From Methanoregula sp. (lineage in GTDB: Archaea > Halobacteriota > Methanomicrobia > Methanomicrobiales > Methanospirillaceae): a DNA stretch of 54,502 nucleotides. The notes below the pieces were generated by a model that saw only the letters and a list, made by a program, of their open reading frames with translations, did no database searches and had not been told where the DNA came from. This document shows positions 10,058 to 19,898 of the stretch, in pieces. Every line of letters starts with the position of its first letter. The first letter of the stretch is position 1. The stretch lies in the NCBI GenBank assembly GCA_022711635.1, contig JAKLEQ010000003.1, positions 1 through 54,502 on the forward strand, given 5' to 3'. Made by a program: the position numbers and the translations under genes.

Positions 10058-11047
10058 TCACCGGGTCAACGGCATCGCGAACGGTTTTTCGTTCTCGAGT
10101 ACGAATTCCCACTCCTTTTTACAGGCACACGTGGTCGCCAGCAAGGCTGCAACAAGGTCCCGGTCCCCGGTCAGTGAGTAGTCCCGGATCCCGTTAACAA
10201 GGTCCTTATCGCATGCGCCGCAGTTATGCGGGCCCCGGATCCGACCCCCGCCAACCGGATCGCAGGTGACGTGGACCGGAGCATTCCTGAGGATCTCAAG
10301 GACGCTCCAGAGATAGGGTGGGCGGTATGCCTTCTGTTTCCAGTACCGTTCGAGTTCAGTCCTTCCCTGGACCGTGCACGGGTTCATCGAGATGAGATCC
10401 GCATAGCCCGCCACGATTCGGATGGAGGAGACCATATCCTCAAGCGCCTCCCGTTCGGTCAGGAAAAGCGGTTTATGGAGGAGGTACGCTTTTATCCCTG
10501 CGCCCATTCTGCCAGCGCGTTGGCAGGCTTCGGTGAAATCCCGGAACGAAAACCCTTTCCGGATACATTTTGTGCGAATCGTATCGTCCGCCGTTTCCAG
10601 CCCAATCGCGCAGAACAGGGGTTTCTTCCACGTGCCATCGTCCGTTTCCTCCATGAACGCGGCAAGGGCATCCTCCTGGACATACTCCGGACGGGTTTCC
10701 GCAATTACCAGTTTACCCCGGAACGCTGATGCAATCGCTCTCAGCACAGACTCCGGAACTTCCCGGGGATCGAAGAAACTCCCCGAGGTGAAGATCTTCA
10801 CCATCCGGTACTGATCGGGCCGGTATGAAGCTAGGATCGACCTGAGCTGGCTCAGGATGTATTCTGCATACATTTCCGGCGTTTCGCTGCCGCCATACCG
10901 CTCATACCGGTAGCTGCACATGAAACAGCGGCTCCACGAACAACCGGCAGTCCGGAAAATGATGGTGAGGCACGGGAGAACTTCTCCGTCGTAACGATCA
11001 CTTCCCAGCCATGACACAACGGTTCGATCCGATGCTTTGCAAATCAT
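10058..11047 (-). CDS. radical SAM protein, archaeosine-biosynthesis RaSEA / TIGR01210-like
   Basis: Contains the CSWSRCFMCSY cluster motif. About 330 aa from ATG 11047. The longer track ORF (to 11206) overlaps the divergent neighbouring gene. Confidence 0.7.
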   Translation of the reverse strand: MICKASDRTVVSWLGSDRYDGEVLPCLTIIFRTAGCSWSRCFMCSYRYERYGGSETPEMYAEYILSQLRSILASYRPDQYRMVKIFTSGSFFDPREVPESVLRAIASAFRGKLVIAETRPEYVQEDALAAFMEETDDGTWKKPLFCAIGLETADDTIRTKCIRKGFSFRDFTEACQRAGRMGAGIKAYLLHKPLFLTEREALEDMVSSIRIVAGYADLISMNPCTVQGRTELERYWKQKAYRPPYLWSVLEILRNAPVHVTCDPVGGGRIRGPHNCGACDKDLVNGIRDYSLTGDRDLVAALLATTCACKKEWEFVLENEKPFAMPLTR

Positions 11048-11075
11048 TAACAACCTAGTAGTTAACCTTAGTGCA

Positions 11076-12161
11076 ATGTATAAGCTCGTCCTGCCGGTGC
11101 TGGGACTTATCTTCCTTGCAGGGATTGCATCCGCGTACCAGATCGACATCGATGCTCCTGCCACCCTCACTGTCGGGAAACCGCTGGTTGTCAACGGGAC
11201 GACCAATTTCGGGATTGGGACCCCTATTGATGTCGTCCTCTACCGGCAACTTACCACCAGCACGGAGCTGAAAAGAAGGATCGCGTATGTCCAGTCAGAC
11301 CATACCTTCCGTGTTGTCTTTGATACAAGCGGGTTGGAGAAGGGGACATACAAGGTCGAGGTTCCGGCGAGCGGTCTTGGCGATTCGGTCAATATGCGGC
11401 TGGTCGAGCTGATTGACAGGTCGGATGAGATCGTGCTCAGCCCCGGCGTGAAATCCCAGGAATTTACCGGGACGCTCGTGATCTCCGGCACACTTAAAAA
11501 CAATAAGAACTCGGGTGTCCAGATCGAGGTTTCCGGGCCTGACGGGGACAGGATCTACGGCCCGAAATATATCCCGACGGACCCCCAGGGGATTTTTTCA
11601 CTCTCCGTCCTCATCCCCGTGGGCGGGGAGTATGAAGTCAGTTTTACCGATACTCAAGGCTATATCGGAGAACGCATAATAACGGTCACCGGGGGACCGG
11701 CGACAATTCAGACTGTACTCGTAACCTCCCCCGTCCAGCGGCTCTCATCCCATGCCCCATCCTCCCGCGAAGCACCTGCCTACTTTGAGGTGAGATCCGG
11801 CTCAGGCGTCATGGACATCTATACATCCTCCAACGTCAACTGGGTCATCGAATACGGCGACGAAACGGGGAATATCCGGACCGTCAACAACCATGGTGAA
11901 CTCAACCCCGAGAGGGTCAATCTTATGGGAAACGGCAAGACGGTGTATTTCAGGGTATACCCGTTCCGCGAGTCAGACAGCGGGGAAGTATTCTTATATG
12001 CCGAAAACGCACGGTCAATCAGGGTAAGCCCCACGGTCCCTGCCGTTTTTATCGCAGCAGATACCACAGCACCCCCATCCGAGACTCAGGCGCGGGTTGA
12101 CCCCCTGACCGCATTTTGCGCCCTTTTCTCGACAGGCGTTCTGTTGCTTTTCCGGCGCTGA
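11076..12161 (+). CDS. secreted cell-surface protein with an N-terminal signal peptide and a C-terminal TM anchor
   Basis: MYKLVLPVLGLIFLAGIASA is a signal peptide. The body is beta-rich. The C-terminal PLTAFCALFSTGVLLLFRR is a hydrophobic helix plus a basic tail. Confidence 0.65.
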   Translation: MYKLVLPVLGLIFLAGIASAYQIDIDAPATLTVGKPLVVNGTTNFGIGTPIDVVLYRQLTTSTELKRRIAYVQSDHTFRVVFDTSGLEKGTYKVEVPASGLGDSVNMRLVELIDRSDEIVLSPGVKSQEFTGTLVISGTLKNNKNSGVQIEVSGPDGDRIYGPKYIPTDPQGIFSLSVLIPVGGEYEVSFTDTQGYIGERIITVTGGPATIQTVLVTSPVQRLSSHAPSSREAPAYFEVRSGSGVMDIYTSSNVNWVIEYGDETGNIRTVNNHGELNPERVNLMGNGKTVYFRVYPFRESDSGEVFLYAENARSIRVSPTVPAVFIAADTTAPPSETQARVDPLTAFCALFSTGVLLLFRR

Positions 12162-12266
12162 ACTCTGTCCCCCATTTTTTCAGCGGGAAATCGCGGGAAT
12201 GATCGCCGGGTCGTTCTGCGGATTAAGAAGCCTTTTTAGGATCGCCCGACATACCCGTATGACGCA

Positions 12267-12351
12267 GCCGGGGTAGTCTAGTCTGGGAAGGCGTTGGTCT
12301 TGAAAACCAATGGTGCCCTGCACCTCAAGAGTTCAAATCTCTTCCCCGGCG
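12267..12351 (+). tRNA. tRNA-Ser (anticodon UGA)
   Basis: Acceptor stem GCCGGGG/CCCCGGC, anticodon stem-loop TTGGT-CTTGAAA-ACCAA, a long variable arm, and T-arm AAGAG-TTCAAAT-CTCTT. Confidence 0.9.
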
Positions 12352-12479
12352 TTATCAGGATATTCTCCAACTCCTGACTCGCTGGTACTGAAGGTAAATC
12401 CCCCCTCTGATTATCGGTCCTATCACTGTTTTTAAAAGATCCGGAAACAAAGAGTACAGGTTAACAAAGAGGATCATCG

Positions 12480-12704
12480 ATGTGCGTTGCTGTCCCTGCA
12501 GAAGTGCTGGAGATCAAGGAGGGAAATATCGGCGTTGTCGATTACGGTAACCTGCAGCAGGAAGTCCGTCTCGATCTTGTTGACGTGAAAGTCGGGGAAT
12601 TCGTGCTCGTCCATGTCGGTTTTGCGATCCAGCGGCTCTCCCGCGAAGATGGACTGGAGACCCGGGAGATCTTCAAGCAGGTGTATGCTGCACTGGAGGA
12701 GTGA
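12480..12704 (+). CDS. hypC: [NiFe]-hydrogenase maturation chaperone HypC
   Basis: 74 aa beginning MCVAVPAEV (essential Cys2). Typical HypC/HupF. Confidence 0.9.
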   Translation: MCVAVPAEVLEIKEGNIGVVDYGNLQQEVRLDLVDVKVGEFVLVHVGFAIQRLSREDGLETREIFKQVYAALEE

Positions 12705-13043
12705 ATGCACGAGTATGGGATCGCGTATGATCTCTATGCGACCGCCCGCCGTGCAGCGCTCGAGAATCATGCGGATCGCGTTCTCAGGGTCAACGTTGAT
12801 GTGGGAAAGCTCGCGATGGTCAATCCTGAACAGGTCGTCTTCCTCTTTGACATCATAAAAGAAGATGACCCGCTTTTTTCAAAATCGACGCTTGAATGCC
12901 GGGAAGTATTGGCGGAGACGGCCTGCACATGCGGGTACCGCGGCAACGAAGTCCATGTCTGTCCTTCCTGCGGAGCGCTCCCCGAGATCGTGAAAGGAAG
13001 GGAGATTGTGGTGACAAATGTCGAGATCGAGGTGGACGATTAG
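12705..13043 (+). CDS. hypA: hydrogenase nickel-insertion protein HypA
   Basis: Begins MHEYGIA and contains a CxxC...CPSCG zinc site. 112 aa. Confidence 0.9.
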   Translation: MHEYGIAYDLYATARRAALENHADRVLRVNVDVGKLAMVNPEQVVFLFDIIKEDDPLFSKSTLECREVLAETACTCGYRGNEVHVCPSCGALPEIVKGREIVVTNVEIEVDD

Positions 13044-14039
13044 ATGAAAGTATCCATGATGCACGGTGCCGGCGGTGAAGTGATGGGCGAACTCCTTGCC
13101 ACCCTGACGAAATTCAGGAACAACAATGCAGGGGGTATCGGCCTTGAATCGCTTGATGATGGTGCCGTTATCCCGTTTTGCGGGAAGAACCTGGTTTTTA
13201 CGACGGATTCCCACGTTGTCCGCCCGATTTTCTTTCCGGGAGGCGATATCGGGAGGATTGCAGTCTCCGGCACCGTAAATGACCTCGCAATGATGGGAGC
13301 GCAGCCGATAGCGCTTTCCTGCGGGATGATCATCGAGGAAGGTTTTGAGGTCGCGGACCTTGCCCGGATTGTCGCATCGATGGATGAAGCCCTTGGAGAA
13401 GCCGGCGCAAGCATGGTCACCGGGGATACCAAGGTGATGGAACGGGGAGCGCTCGACGGGATCGCGATTAACACTGCGGGTATCGGCATCGCGGATAGGG
13501 TGATCCGTGACAACGGGCTCGTTCCCGGGGATGTGATCATCGTCTCCGGAACGCTGGGGGACCACGGGATTGCGATTATGGCGCACCGGGAAGGATTCGA
13601 TCTTGGTGAACAGATCCATTCCGATGTCGCCCCGGTCAACGGATTGATGAAGAATGCTATTTCCGCCGGGATAATCCATGCGGCCAAAGATCCCACCCGT
13701 GGCGGATTTGCGAGCGCCATCAACGAGATGGCGCGCAAGAGCGGGGTCTCTGTCCGTATCCGGGAGATGGATCTCCCGATCAACAAGAGCGTCCGCAGTG
13801 CCGCAGGCATGCTGGGCATCGATCCTCTTGAAGTGGCGAACGAGGGCAAGGTCGTGATGGGCGTTCCGGCATCCGATGCGGACGCGGTCCTCGCCGCAGT
13901 TCGTACTCACCGGTACGGGAAAGATGCTGCGATTGTCGGAACGGTCACCGCAGGCTCGCAGGTGATCATGGAGACGGCAATCGGTGGCGAACGGTTTATC
14001 GAACCCCCGATGGGTGACCCGGTGCCCCGGGTCTGTTGA
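13044..14039 (+). CDS. hypE: hydrogenase maturation carbamoyl dehydratase HypE
   Basis: AIR-synthase-like fold motifs and the characteristic C-terminal PRVC. Confidence 0.95.
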   Translation: MKVSMMHGAGGEVMGELLATLTKFRNNNAGGIGLESLDDGAVIPFCGKNLVFTTDSHVVRPIFFPGGDIGRIAVSGTVNDLAMMGAQPIALSCGMIIEEGFEVADLARIVASMDEALGEAGASMVTGDTKVMERGALDGIAINTAGIGIADRVIRDNGLVPGDVIIVSGTLGDHGIAIMAHREGFDLGEQIHSDVAPVNGLMKNAISAGIIHAAKDPTRGGFASAINEMARKSGVSVRIREMDLPINKSVRSAAGMLGIDPLEVANEGKVVMGVPASDADAVLAAVRTHRYGKDAAIVGTVTAGSQVIMETAIGGERFIEPPMGDPVPRVC

Positions 14040-14113
14040 TCGCAGAACCTGCGGTTTTTGCACGTATCCCCTCCTGAATCCTTTTTAAGCATAACAACAA
14101 CACTGTATAACGG

Positions 14114-14932
14114 ATGTCACCCGGGGAAGAAAAGGAAAAATCCCCCGGACCCGGCCCGGGAACAGGACCGGGGATGAACCGGGGGATTATTGCAGGAATC
14201 GTCGTCATTGTCATTGCGATTGTACTCTTCGCTGTTGCGGTTCTGGGAACGAGCGGATCACCCTCGCCGGGCTGTGATCCCCGGGATGGGACCTGTACCC
14301 CGCCTGCCCTGACCACTCCCCCTCCTACGACTACCCCCGTCGTCAAGACCGCCCGGCCAACCGTGGAACTGTATGTGATGTCGTTTTGCCCGTTCGGCGT
14401 GCAGGTGGAAAAGGTCATGAAGCCTGTCGTCGCGCTGCTTGCAAACAGCACGGACTTCAGGGTATACTATATCGCGAACGTTCCCGGCACCGACCTCTCA
14501 ACCGCAAAATCACTCCACGGGAATGCAGAGGCGATCGAGGATGCCCGCCAGCTCTGCATTCTTGCGCGTTCTCCTGCCAGCTACTGGGAGTATCTGGGTG
14601 CCTTTGACACCCAGTGCTATTCTCTCTGGATGAACCAGACCCAACTGGGTGCATGCCAGCAGAATGTGACGGACCAGCTTGGAATCACCGAAACGGTCAA
14701 GGAATGCATGACCGGAAACGAAGGTTATGAACTGCTGAAGGCGGATTCAGCGGCGGTAAACGGTGCCGGCATCACCTCTTCCCCGACCATCATGATCAAC
14801 GGGCAGAAGTATACCGGCAGGCGGACGTCGGAATCCATCAAGCAGGGGATCTGCGACCACTTCGACGCCACCCCCGAAGCGTGCAGTACGGTTCTCTCGA
14901 CAGAGGTTGTTGCGGCATCGGGAAGCTGCTGA
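14114..14932 (+). CDS. membrane-anchored thioredoxin-fold (DsbA/glutaredoxin-like) protein
   Basis: An N-terminal TM helix IIAGIVVIVIAIVLFAVAVL, a Pro/Thr linker, and a CPFG redox motif in VELYVMSFCPFGVQ. An alternative start is at 14174. Confidence 0.65.
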   Translation: MSPGEEKEKSPGPGPGTGPGMNRGIIAGIVVIVIAIVLFAVAVLGTSGSPSPGCDPRDGTCTPPALTTPPPTTTPVVKTARPTVELYVMSFCPFGVQVEKVMKPVVALLANSTDFRVYYIANVPGTDLSTAKSLHGNAEAIEDARQLCILARSPASYWEYLGAFDTQCYSLWMNQTQLGACQQNVTDQLGITETVKECMTGNEGYELLKADSAAVNGAGITSSPTIMINGQKYTGRRTSESIKQGICDHFDATPEACSTVLSTEVVAASGSC

Positions 14933-15006
14933 CGGGCAGCCTTTTTCCAAAATTTTCACCGGGGCTGTTCGTAAGGGCCCTGCAACTACCTGCTATCCGT
15001 TCCGGA

Positions 15007-15606
15007 TTATCGTGGAATTTCCCCGGTGAAGTGACCCCCCTGCTCGTCCGCAATGAAGGAGTCGAACAGGGCGAGCGCCTCCAGCTCCCGGGAACCACCG
15101 CACTTGCGGATGATTGAACGGTAATGGTCGATGAGTTTTTTTAAGTCGGGATTTCCGGATAACCGGTACCGGGTCCCATGGACGGTCGCCTCGATGATTG
15201 CAGAAAAGCCCCGGTTGACAGGACGGGGTCTGCAGGAAAGGACCTTCTCAACGACCGGAGTAATGCGGACAGTCATCGACTGTGTCCCCCTCTTCTCGAT
15301 GACTGCCGAGAACGCGATCCACGCCTCGGTATCGGCAAGCCGGTCCATCAGAGTCCCGTCGACATCCTCCTGAACAAATGCAGTTTCGGGCAGATCGGAG
15401 AATGCAGTCCTGACAAAGAGGACAGGGTCGTGTACGATGTTGGCAACCACCCACCGGTCCCGGACGATGTTCTTCTCAGTATGAGAACCGTTGAAGCAGA
15501 CAATCCGGTACACTCCGTTGCGGGCGATGATCCCCATTGGGGCTGCATTGGACCTGGTCGTCGCAATGACCTCATTGATGCCATCCGTCAGGATTCCCAT
15601 GACCAT
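15007..15606 (-). CDS. DUF447-family (FMN-binding split-barrel-like) protein, methanopterin-linked family
   Basis: INEVIATTRSNAAPMGII and RPVNRGFSAIIEATVHGTR match DUF447 as I recall it. The gene overlaps the upstream CitG-like gene. Confidence 0.65.
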   Translation of the reverse strand: MVMGILTDGINEVIATTRSNAAPMGIIARNGVYRIVCFNGSHTEKNIVRDRWVVANIVHDPVLFVRTAFSDLPETAFVQEDVDGTLMDRLADTEAWIAFSAVIEKRGTQSMTVRITPVVEKVLSCRPRPVNRGFSAIIEATVHGTRYRLSGNPDLKKLIDHYRSIIRKCGGSRELEALALFDSFIADEQGGHFTGEIPR

Positions 15607-16418
15607 CCTTCCGACAGTGCAAGGTAGATCGCTGCGATGGTTATATCTGCGATCGACCCGGGATTGATCCCTTTCCGGATGCATTCGTCATCGAATTCAC
15701 GAAGCGGCAACCTGCCGTCAAGTACGAGGCGGGCCCGGGCAAGGGTCTGTTCTGCGACGGGTCTCCCGTGTTTTTTAATGATGAACGTGTCCGGCTCCGT
15801 TGCGAGAAGGGTGATGAACATCTGTACGATGGCCGCGCGACCGGATCCGGACGTGTGGAGAAGGTCGGCCCCGCGCCGCGTAAGGGGAAACCCGGTCACC
15901 CATTCGCGGGCAACCATGTCGTTCTTTGCCGAGTGGAGCATCACATCCGAGAGCGTCATCTCCCGCTCGCGGAGCATTTCGAGCGCTTTCGGATCATTGA
16001 TATCGATAGAATCGGTGGGAAGGGTCCGGACCGCGGTGAGTGCAAATGCCCGGTAGAATGCAACGGCATCGGAGACATCCGTTTTCGCGATTGCCTTCAT
16101 TGCTCCGGGGATGTCGCCGCCATAAACGAGAGGGATGAGCAGGATGAATGCACCGAAATGAGTGTTGCCGCCACTATGGCAGCTGGTCTGCTGTACCGCA
16201 TGACGGATTATCTCCCCTATCCTCCCCTCGCCCCGTTCCGCCTCGTCGAGTGCCGGGCGGGAAAGGATCGTGGATGCCAGAAAGTGTTCGATCGTGGTAT
16301 CGGGATAGTCATGACAGCGGTCGACATTCCCCGGTTTTGGGTACGCGCAGACCTCCAGCATCATGGCGAGCTGGGCGCGCTCAGCACGACTCGTCAGGTG
16401 GCACTTCATGGAAAACAC
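15588..16418 (-). CDS. triphosphoribosyl-dephospho-CoA synthase (CitG/MdcB)-family protein
   Basis: LEVCAYPKPGNVDR and GGNTHFGAFILLIPL motifs typical of the CitG family. Confidence 0.75.
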   Translation of the reverse strand: MFSMKCHLTSRAERAQLAMMLEVCAYPKPGNVDRCHDYPDTTIEHFLASTILSRPALDEAERGEGRIGEIIRHAVQQTSCHSGGNTHFGAFILLIPLVYGGDIPGAMKAIAKTDVSDAVAFYRAFALTAVRTLPTDSIDINDPKALEMLREREMTLSDVMLHSAKNDMVAREWVTGFPLTRRGADLLHTSGSGRAAIVQMFITLLATEPDTFIIKKHGRPVAEQTLARARLVLDGRLPLREFDDECIRKGINPGSIADITIAAIYLALSEGWSWES

Positions 16419-17520
16419 GGCCCATGATCGTATCAGACAGCTCGTGTTTCAACCGCATATATTCTTTCTTCGAGAGCCCGGTCTGGCGCAGGGTCATGTC
16501 GCGGAACATGCAGGGTGAGGAGGTCTTGCAGCACCATGCAAGGCTCCCGAAACAGGTCTGTGCCCCGGTCTCAAGTGGGGTTCCCTGGACAGAACCGAGC
16601 TTGAGCGCCATATAGTCCTTCTTGTCCATCCCGATCCGGTTCAGCGTTGGGATGAGCGGGCACTCTTTGACCGGCATGCAGCAGAAAGTCAGTGCACGGA
16701 GATCGCCACCCCGGCAGAGCTGTTTGGGGGAGTTGTACCATCCTTCTTCATCGGCATACCGTGAAATCGCGGCATCAAGACCCGCAAGGGTGCGCTCATC
16801 CGATTTCCGGGCAAGTGACACGAGGTCGGCGCCATGGGAAAGCCGGTCACGCATGGCATCGAAGGTGTTGATGGAGTTGTTCGCCACAAGTACAAGCGGG
16901 CAACTGTTCCGGATCTGACGGAGTTTTGAGGATCCGAAGTCCATGAGATCCACGTGGAGGATATCAGCACCTGCGCCCCAGATCCGGCGGGCAAGCTGGA
17001 GGTCATCAGCGGAGACCCCCGCCCGAATCTTGACCGAGACCGTTATATCGAGGGTCTTCATCGTACGGATCGTCGCGATCAGGTCGCCGGGGTGCCGGAG
17101 AAAATGCTCACCACAGCCTGCGGCGATCATCGGTGCCTGCCGGCAGTGGGCATCGATCTCATAGATGACCGAATCGCCCATCGCTTCGGCTGCCGAACGG
17201 TATGACTCAGGGGAGCTTCCCCGCAGGTTGATGCCGGTGATGACGTCGGTCGCAGCAAGTTTCCCGATCTGCCCTGAGATCTCAGCGACCGGGTCGTCAT
17301 ACAGGAATTCCCTGCGATCCCCCGAGCGCGCGACCTCCCGGGCTGCTGCAAGGGTTGGGGGATCGATCGAGTATCCTCCGATGAACGCTGCGCCGATATG
17401 GTCTTTGCGGGAAAGAACGTACTCCGCATCGACAATCCCGGCCATGGAGGCGATCGCAATCGGGGTTTTGACGACGCGGTCGTTGAGGACAAGACCGAAG
17501 CGTTCAAAGGCATCTGTCAT
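16381..17520 (-). CDS. TIM-barrel flavoprotein-like (DUS/DHOD-like) protein with a C-terminal Cys-rich domain
   Basis: IAIASMAGIVD, GINLRGSSPE, EIDAHCRQ and VSVKIRAG follow the dihydrouridine-synthase/DHOD barrel pattern. The C-terminal 120 aa has CC...C...C and C...CC...C clusters. Confidence 0.6.
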   Translation of the reverse strand: MTDAFERFGLVLNDRVVKTPIAIASMAGIVDAEYVLSRKDHIGAAFIGGYSIDPPTLAAAREVARSGDRREFLYDDPVAEISGQIGKLAATDVITGINLRGSSPESYRSAAEAMGDSVIYEIDAHCRQAPMIAAGCGEHFLRHPGDLIATIRTMKTLDITVSVKIRAGVSADDLQLARRIWGAGADILHVDLMDFGSSKLRQIRNSCPLVLVANNSINTFDAMRDRLSHGADLVSLARKSDERTLAGLDAAISRYADEEGWYNSPKQLCRGGDLRALTFCCMPVKECPLIPTLNRIGMDKKDYMALKLGSVQGTPLETGAQTCFGSLAWCCKTSSPCMFRDMTLRQTGLSKKEYMRLKHELSDTIMGRVFHEVPPDESC

Positions 17521-17552
17521 GAGTTCATATCCGTTGCAAGTATTCGGTATAA

Positions 17553-18017
17553 TTACTTTGCATTCAGGGACCCAAGAGTATAGGTGCCGCGTGCCCGGAC
17601 GAGTTGCGTACCCTGCCGCGCATCATCGATGGTAATCCCGCGGTTCTCTGAAAAATGTTCCTGTACGATCGTCCATGGGATCAGGAATGCCTCGTTGGGC
17701 TTTCCTGCAGTCCGGAATTCGACAGCAAGGTAGCCGACCCGCCCGGTCTTTTCGAGAAATCCCGAGATGGCGTCGACCTGGTGGATGTTCTTTTTGTCTG
17801 CATGGAAATGCTGGGAAAAGTAGAGTTTTTTATCGCCAATGGACTTGCATTCCACGGCGCAATAGTACGAAGGATTGATGCAATCGACCAGAACGTCGAC
17901 ATACTGGGTCGAGAACTTGTGCTGTTTGAGACGGTAGGCGAATCCCCGGATATGCTGCGCCGTAAAGAAGCGGTTGAAGCACTGGACAACCTCCCGCTCG
18001 AAATCACTCATCATCAT
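17553..18017 (-). CDS. PD-(D/E)XK nuclease, archaeal Holliday-junction-resolvase (Hjc)-like
   Basis: The FEREVV...YVDVLV...AVECKS spacing matches the E...D...E-x-K catalytic pattern of Hjc-type resolvases. Confidence 0.5.
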   Translation of the reverse strand: MMMSDFEREVVQCFNRFFTAQHIRGFAYRLKQHKFSTQYVDVLVDCINPSYYCAVECKSIGDKKLYFSQHFHADKKNIHQVDAISGFLEKTGRVGYLAVEFRTAGKPNEAFLIPWTIVQEHFSENRGITIDDARQGTQLVRARGTYTLGSLNAK

Positions 18018-18259
18018 CCTGTTGGACTGCCGGCCTGATATGCTTTACAGCAGGCAATTTCCGATAGAAATAACTCAATTGATCCCCAAATATCCTGCAA
18101 CGACCTGTAACCTGACCGGCAGCCATGATACCGGGGGGTGCCATCCCGGCGGACGACAGAGGTCGGAAAATTGTCCTTCGGACTGAAAGGATTTTTTTAT
18201 ACTTTTTCAAGGGATATTAAGGTGATTTAGTAATAATTTTTAACGAAGTACGTATTATT

Positions 18260-18670
18260 ATGTGCTATATGGGTATGAAGGGAATGTTACTCGTCGGGCA
18301 TGGCAGCACCATGCCGTATAACAAGGAGCTTGTCGAAAAGACTGCGGAGATCATCCGGGCACAGGACAAGGGTTTTATCGTCAGGTGCGGGTTCATGAAC
18401 ATCAACACACCGTCTATCAGGGATGCGCTGAAGGCGTTTCAGCACGACCCAATCGACACGCTCGTCGTTGTCCCGCTCTTCCTTGCAAAAGGTGTCCACA
18501 TTGAGAAAGACATTCCCGGCGAGATCGGCCTTCCCGAAGGGGTAAAGAAAGGTATGTTTGCTCTCAATGGCAGGAGCATCCCGCTCGTATACGCGGATCC
18601 CATCGGGAGCGATCCCCTGCTTGCATCCCTGATGGTCAAGAATGCGCAGGCTGCGTTGAATCTCCTCTGA
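18260..18670 (+). CDS. cfbA: small CbiX-type chelatase, likely sirohydrochlorin nickelochelatase CfbA
   Basis: LLVGHGS...VVPLFLAKGVH chelatase motifs and a size of about 130 aa. It heads a cluster with cfbE/D/B homologues. The start could be 18275 or 18284. Confidence 0.75.
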   Translation: MCYMGMKGMLLVGHGSTMPYNKELVEKTAEIIRAQDKGFIVRCGFMNINTPSIRDALKAFQHDPIDTLVVVPLFLAKGVHIEKDIPGEIGLPEGVKKGMFALNGRSIPLVYADPIGSDPLLASLMVKNAQAALNLL

Positions 18671-18678
18671 TCCGTCAT

Positions 18679-19896
18679 ATGAAAATCCTGGTACTCGATA
18701 CCATCCATGGCGGCGCCGTGATCGGATCGGCATTCGAATCAGCAGGCTGCACCGTCGATATGGTCGATGTGTACAGGAACAGCAGCAGGATCGATGTAAA
18801 AACCGCCCTCTCCGGAACCTATGACCTTGTCACGGCCCCCGTGCATCTCGATCCGGACCACCCGCTGATCCGTTCTCAGAAATCCCCGGTTATCACCCAC
18901 CACGAAGCCGTGCGGACCCTCCTTGGCGATGCCCTCCCGCACCCGATGGTAGAGATCACGGGGGCTCAGGGGAAGACCACAACCGCGCATGCTCTCGCTT
19001 CCCTGATGGAAAATCCTGGCGTGCTTCTCTCTTCCCGTGGTCTTATCCGGTTCCCGGATCAGGAGAACGGCATACGGATGAGTATCACCCCGGCATCCGT
19101 AATAACAGCAGCACAGGCCGCCGTCGGGCAGGGAGGCTGGCTCATCGCCGAGGAGTCACTCGGCGTGACCGGGGCAGGGGATCTCGCGATTCTGACCTCG
19201 GGCCAGACGTACCGTTTTGCCGCAGGAAAACGGGATGCACTTGAATATAAGGTGCGAACTCTCCGGTCCTGCAAAAATGTCCTCCTTGCACCCGGCATCG
19301 CCTGGAGCATGCCGGGGGCTGTCCGTGTTGACGATGCAGCGGAAGTTGAAGGGATCAGGTGCCAGATAGCGACGAAACAGGGGGGCGGGGTGTTCGAAAA
19401 TCCCCTCCTTGCAGAAGAGGCATACCGTATTCCGCTGATGCTCGCCGGGACAGCTGCATGCCTGCTGGGGCTTGATCCCGCGCCGCTCTCCGGATTCTGC
19501 GGTGTGGAAGGGAGGATGGAGGTCCGGAAAGAGGGTAGGATCGTCATCGTCGACAATGCCAACAGCGGCACGAACCGCGATACGACCATCGCTGCAGCGA
19601 GTCTTGCACGGGATACAAGCGGCTGCGAGACGCTGACTCTCGTGATTGGCACCGGGGAGGGCGACGGCAGGGTATGCGAAGGATTCCCCGACGCCGAGAT
19701 CGCCGATACCATCTGCAGGATCCGTCCGAACCGCCTTATTCTCGTCGGAGGAGTTCTCGATCCCCCGCTGCTCCCGCCGGATGCCGTTTCCGGGACATTC
19801 GTCTCCCGCGCACCCACGCTTTCCGCTGCGCGGGAGGCAGCGATCAGTGCAACGGATCAGGGCGCGATCGTGCTTGCCGTAAAGACGTGGAGGTAA
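18679..19896 (+). CDS. cfbE: Mur-ligase-like coenzyme F430 synthetase CfbE
   Basis: Contains the Mur ligase P-loop ITGAQGKTTT, and sits in the cfb cluster. Confidence 0.75.
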   Translation: MKILVLDTIHGGAVIGSAFESAGCTVDMVDVYRNSSRIDVKTALSGTYDLVTAPVHLDPDHPLIRSQKSPVITHHEAVRTLLGDALPHPMVEITGAQGKTTTAHALASLMENPGVLLSSRGLIRFPDQENGIRMSITPASVITAAQAAVGQGGWLIAEESLGVTGAGDLAILTSGQTYRFAAGKRDALEYKVRTLRSCKNVLLAPGIAWSMPGAVRVDDAAEVEGIRCQIATKQGGGVFENPLLAEEAYRIPLMLAGTAACLLGLDPAPLSGFCGVEGRMEVRKEGRIVIVDNANSGTNRDTTIAAASLARDTSGCETLTLVIGTGEGDGRVCEGFPDAEIADTICRIRPNRLILVGGVLDPPLLPPDAVSGTFVSRAPTLSAAREAAISATDQGAIVLAVKTWR

Positions 19897-19898
19897 GA

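Noticed and set aside
12879-14063. 394-aa and 269-aa ORFs antisense to hypE
   Set aside because: The sense strand encodes a textbook HypE ending in PRVC. The antisense frames are low-complexity.
19674-19898. N-terminal extensions of cfbD (from 19674), ilvE (from 22083) and the archaeosine radical-SAM gene (to 11206)
   Set aside because: The extensions overlap upstream genes in another frame and have shadow-frame composition. Conserved N-termini begin at internal ATGs (19899, 22446, 11047).
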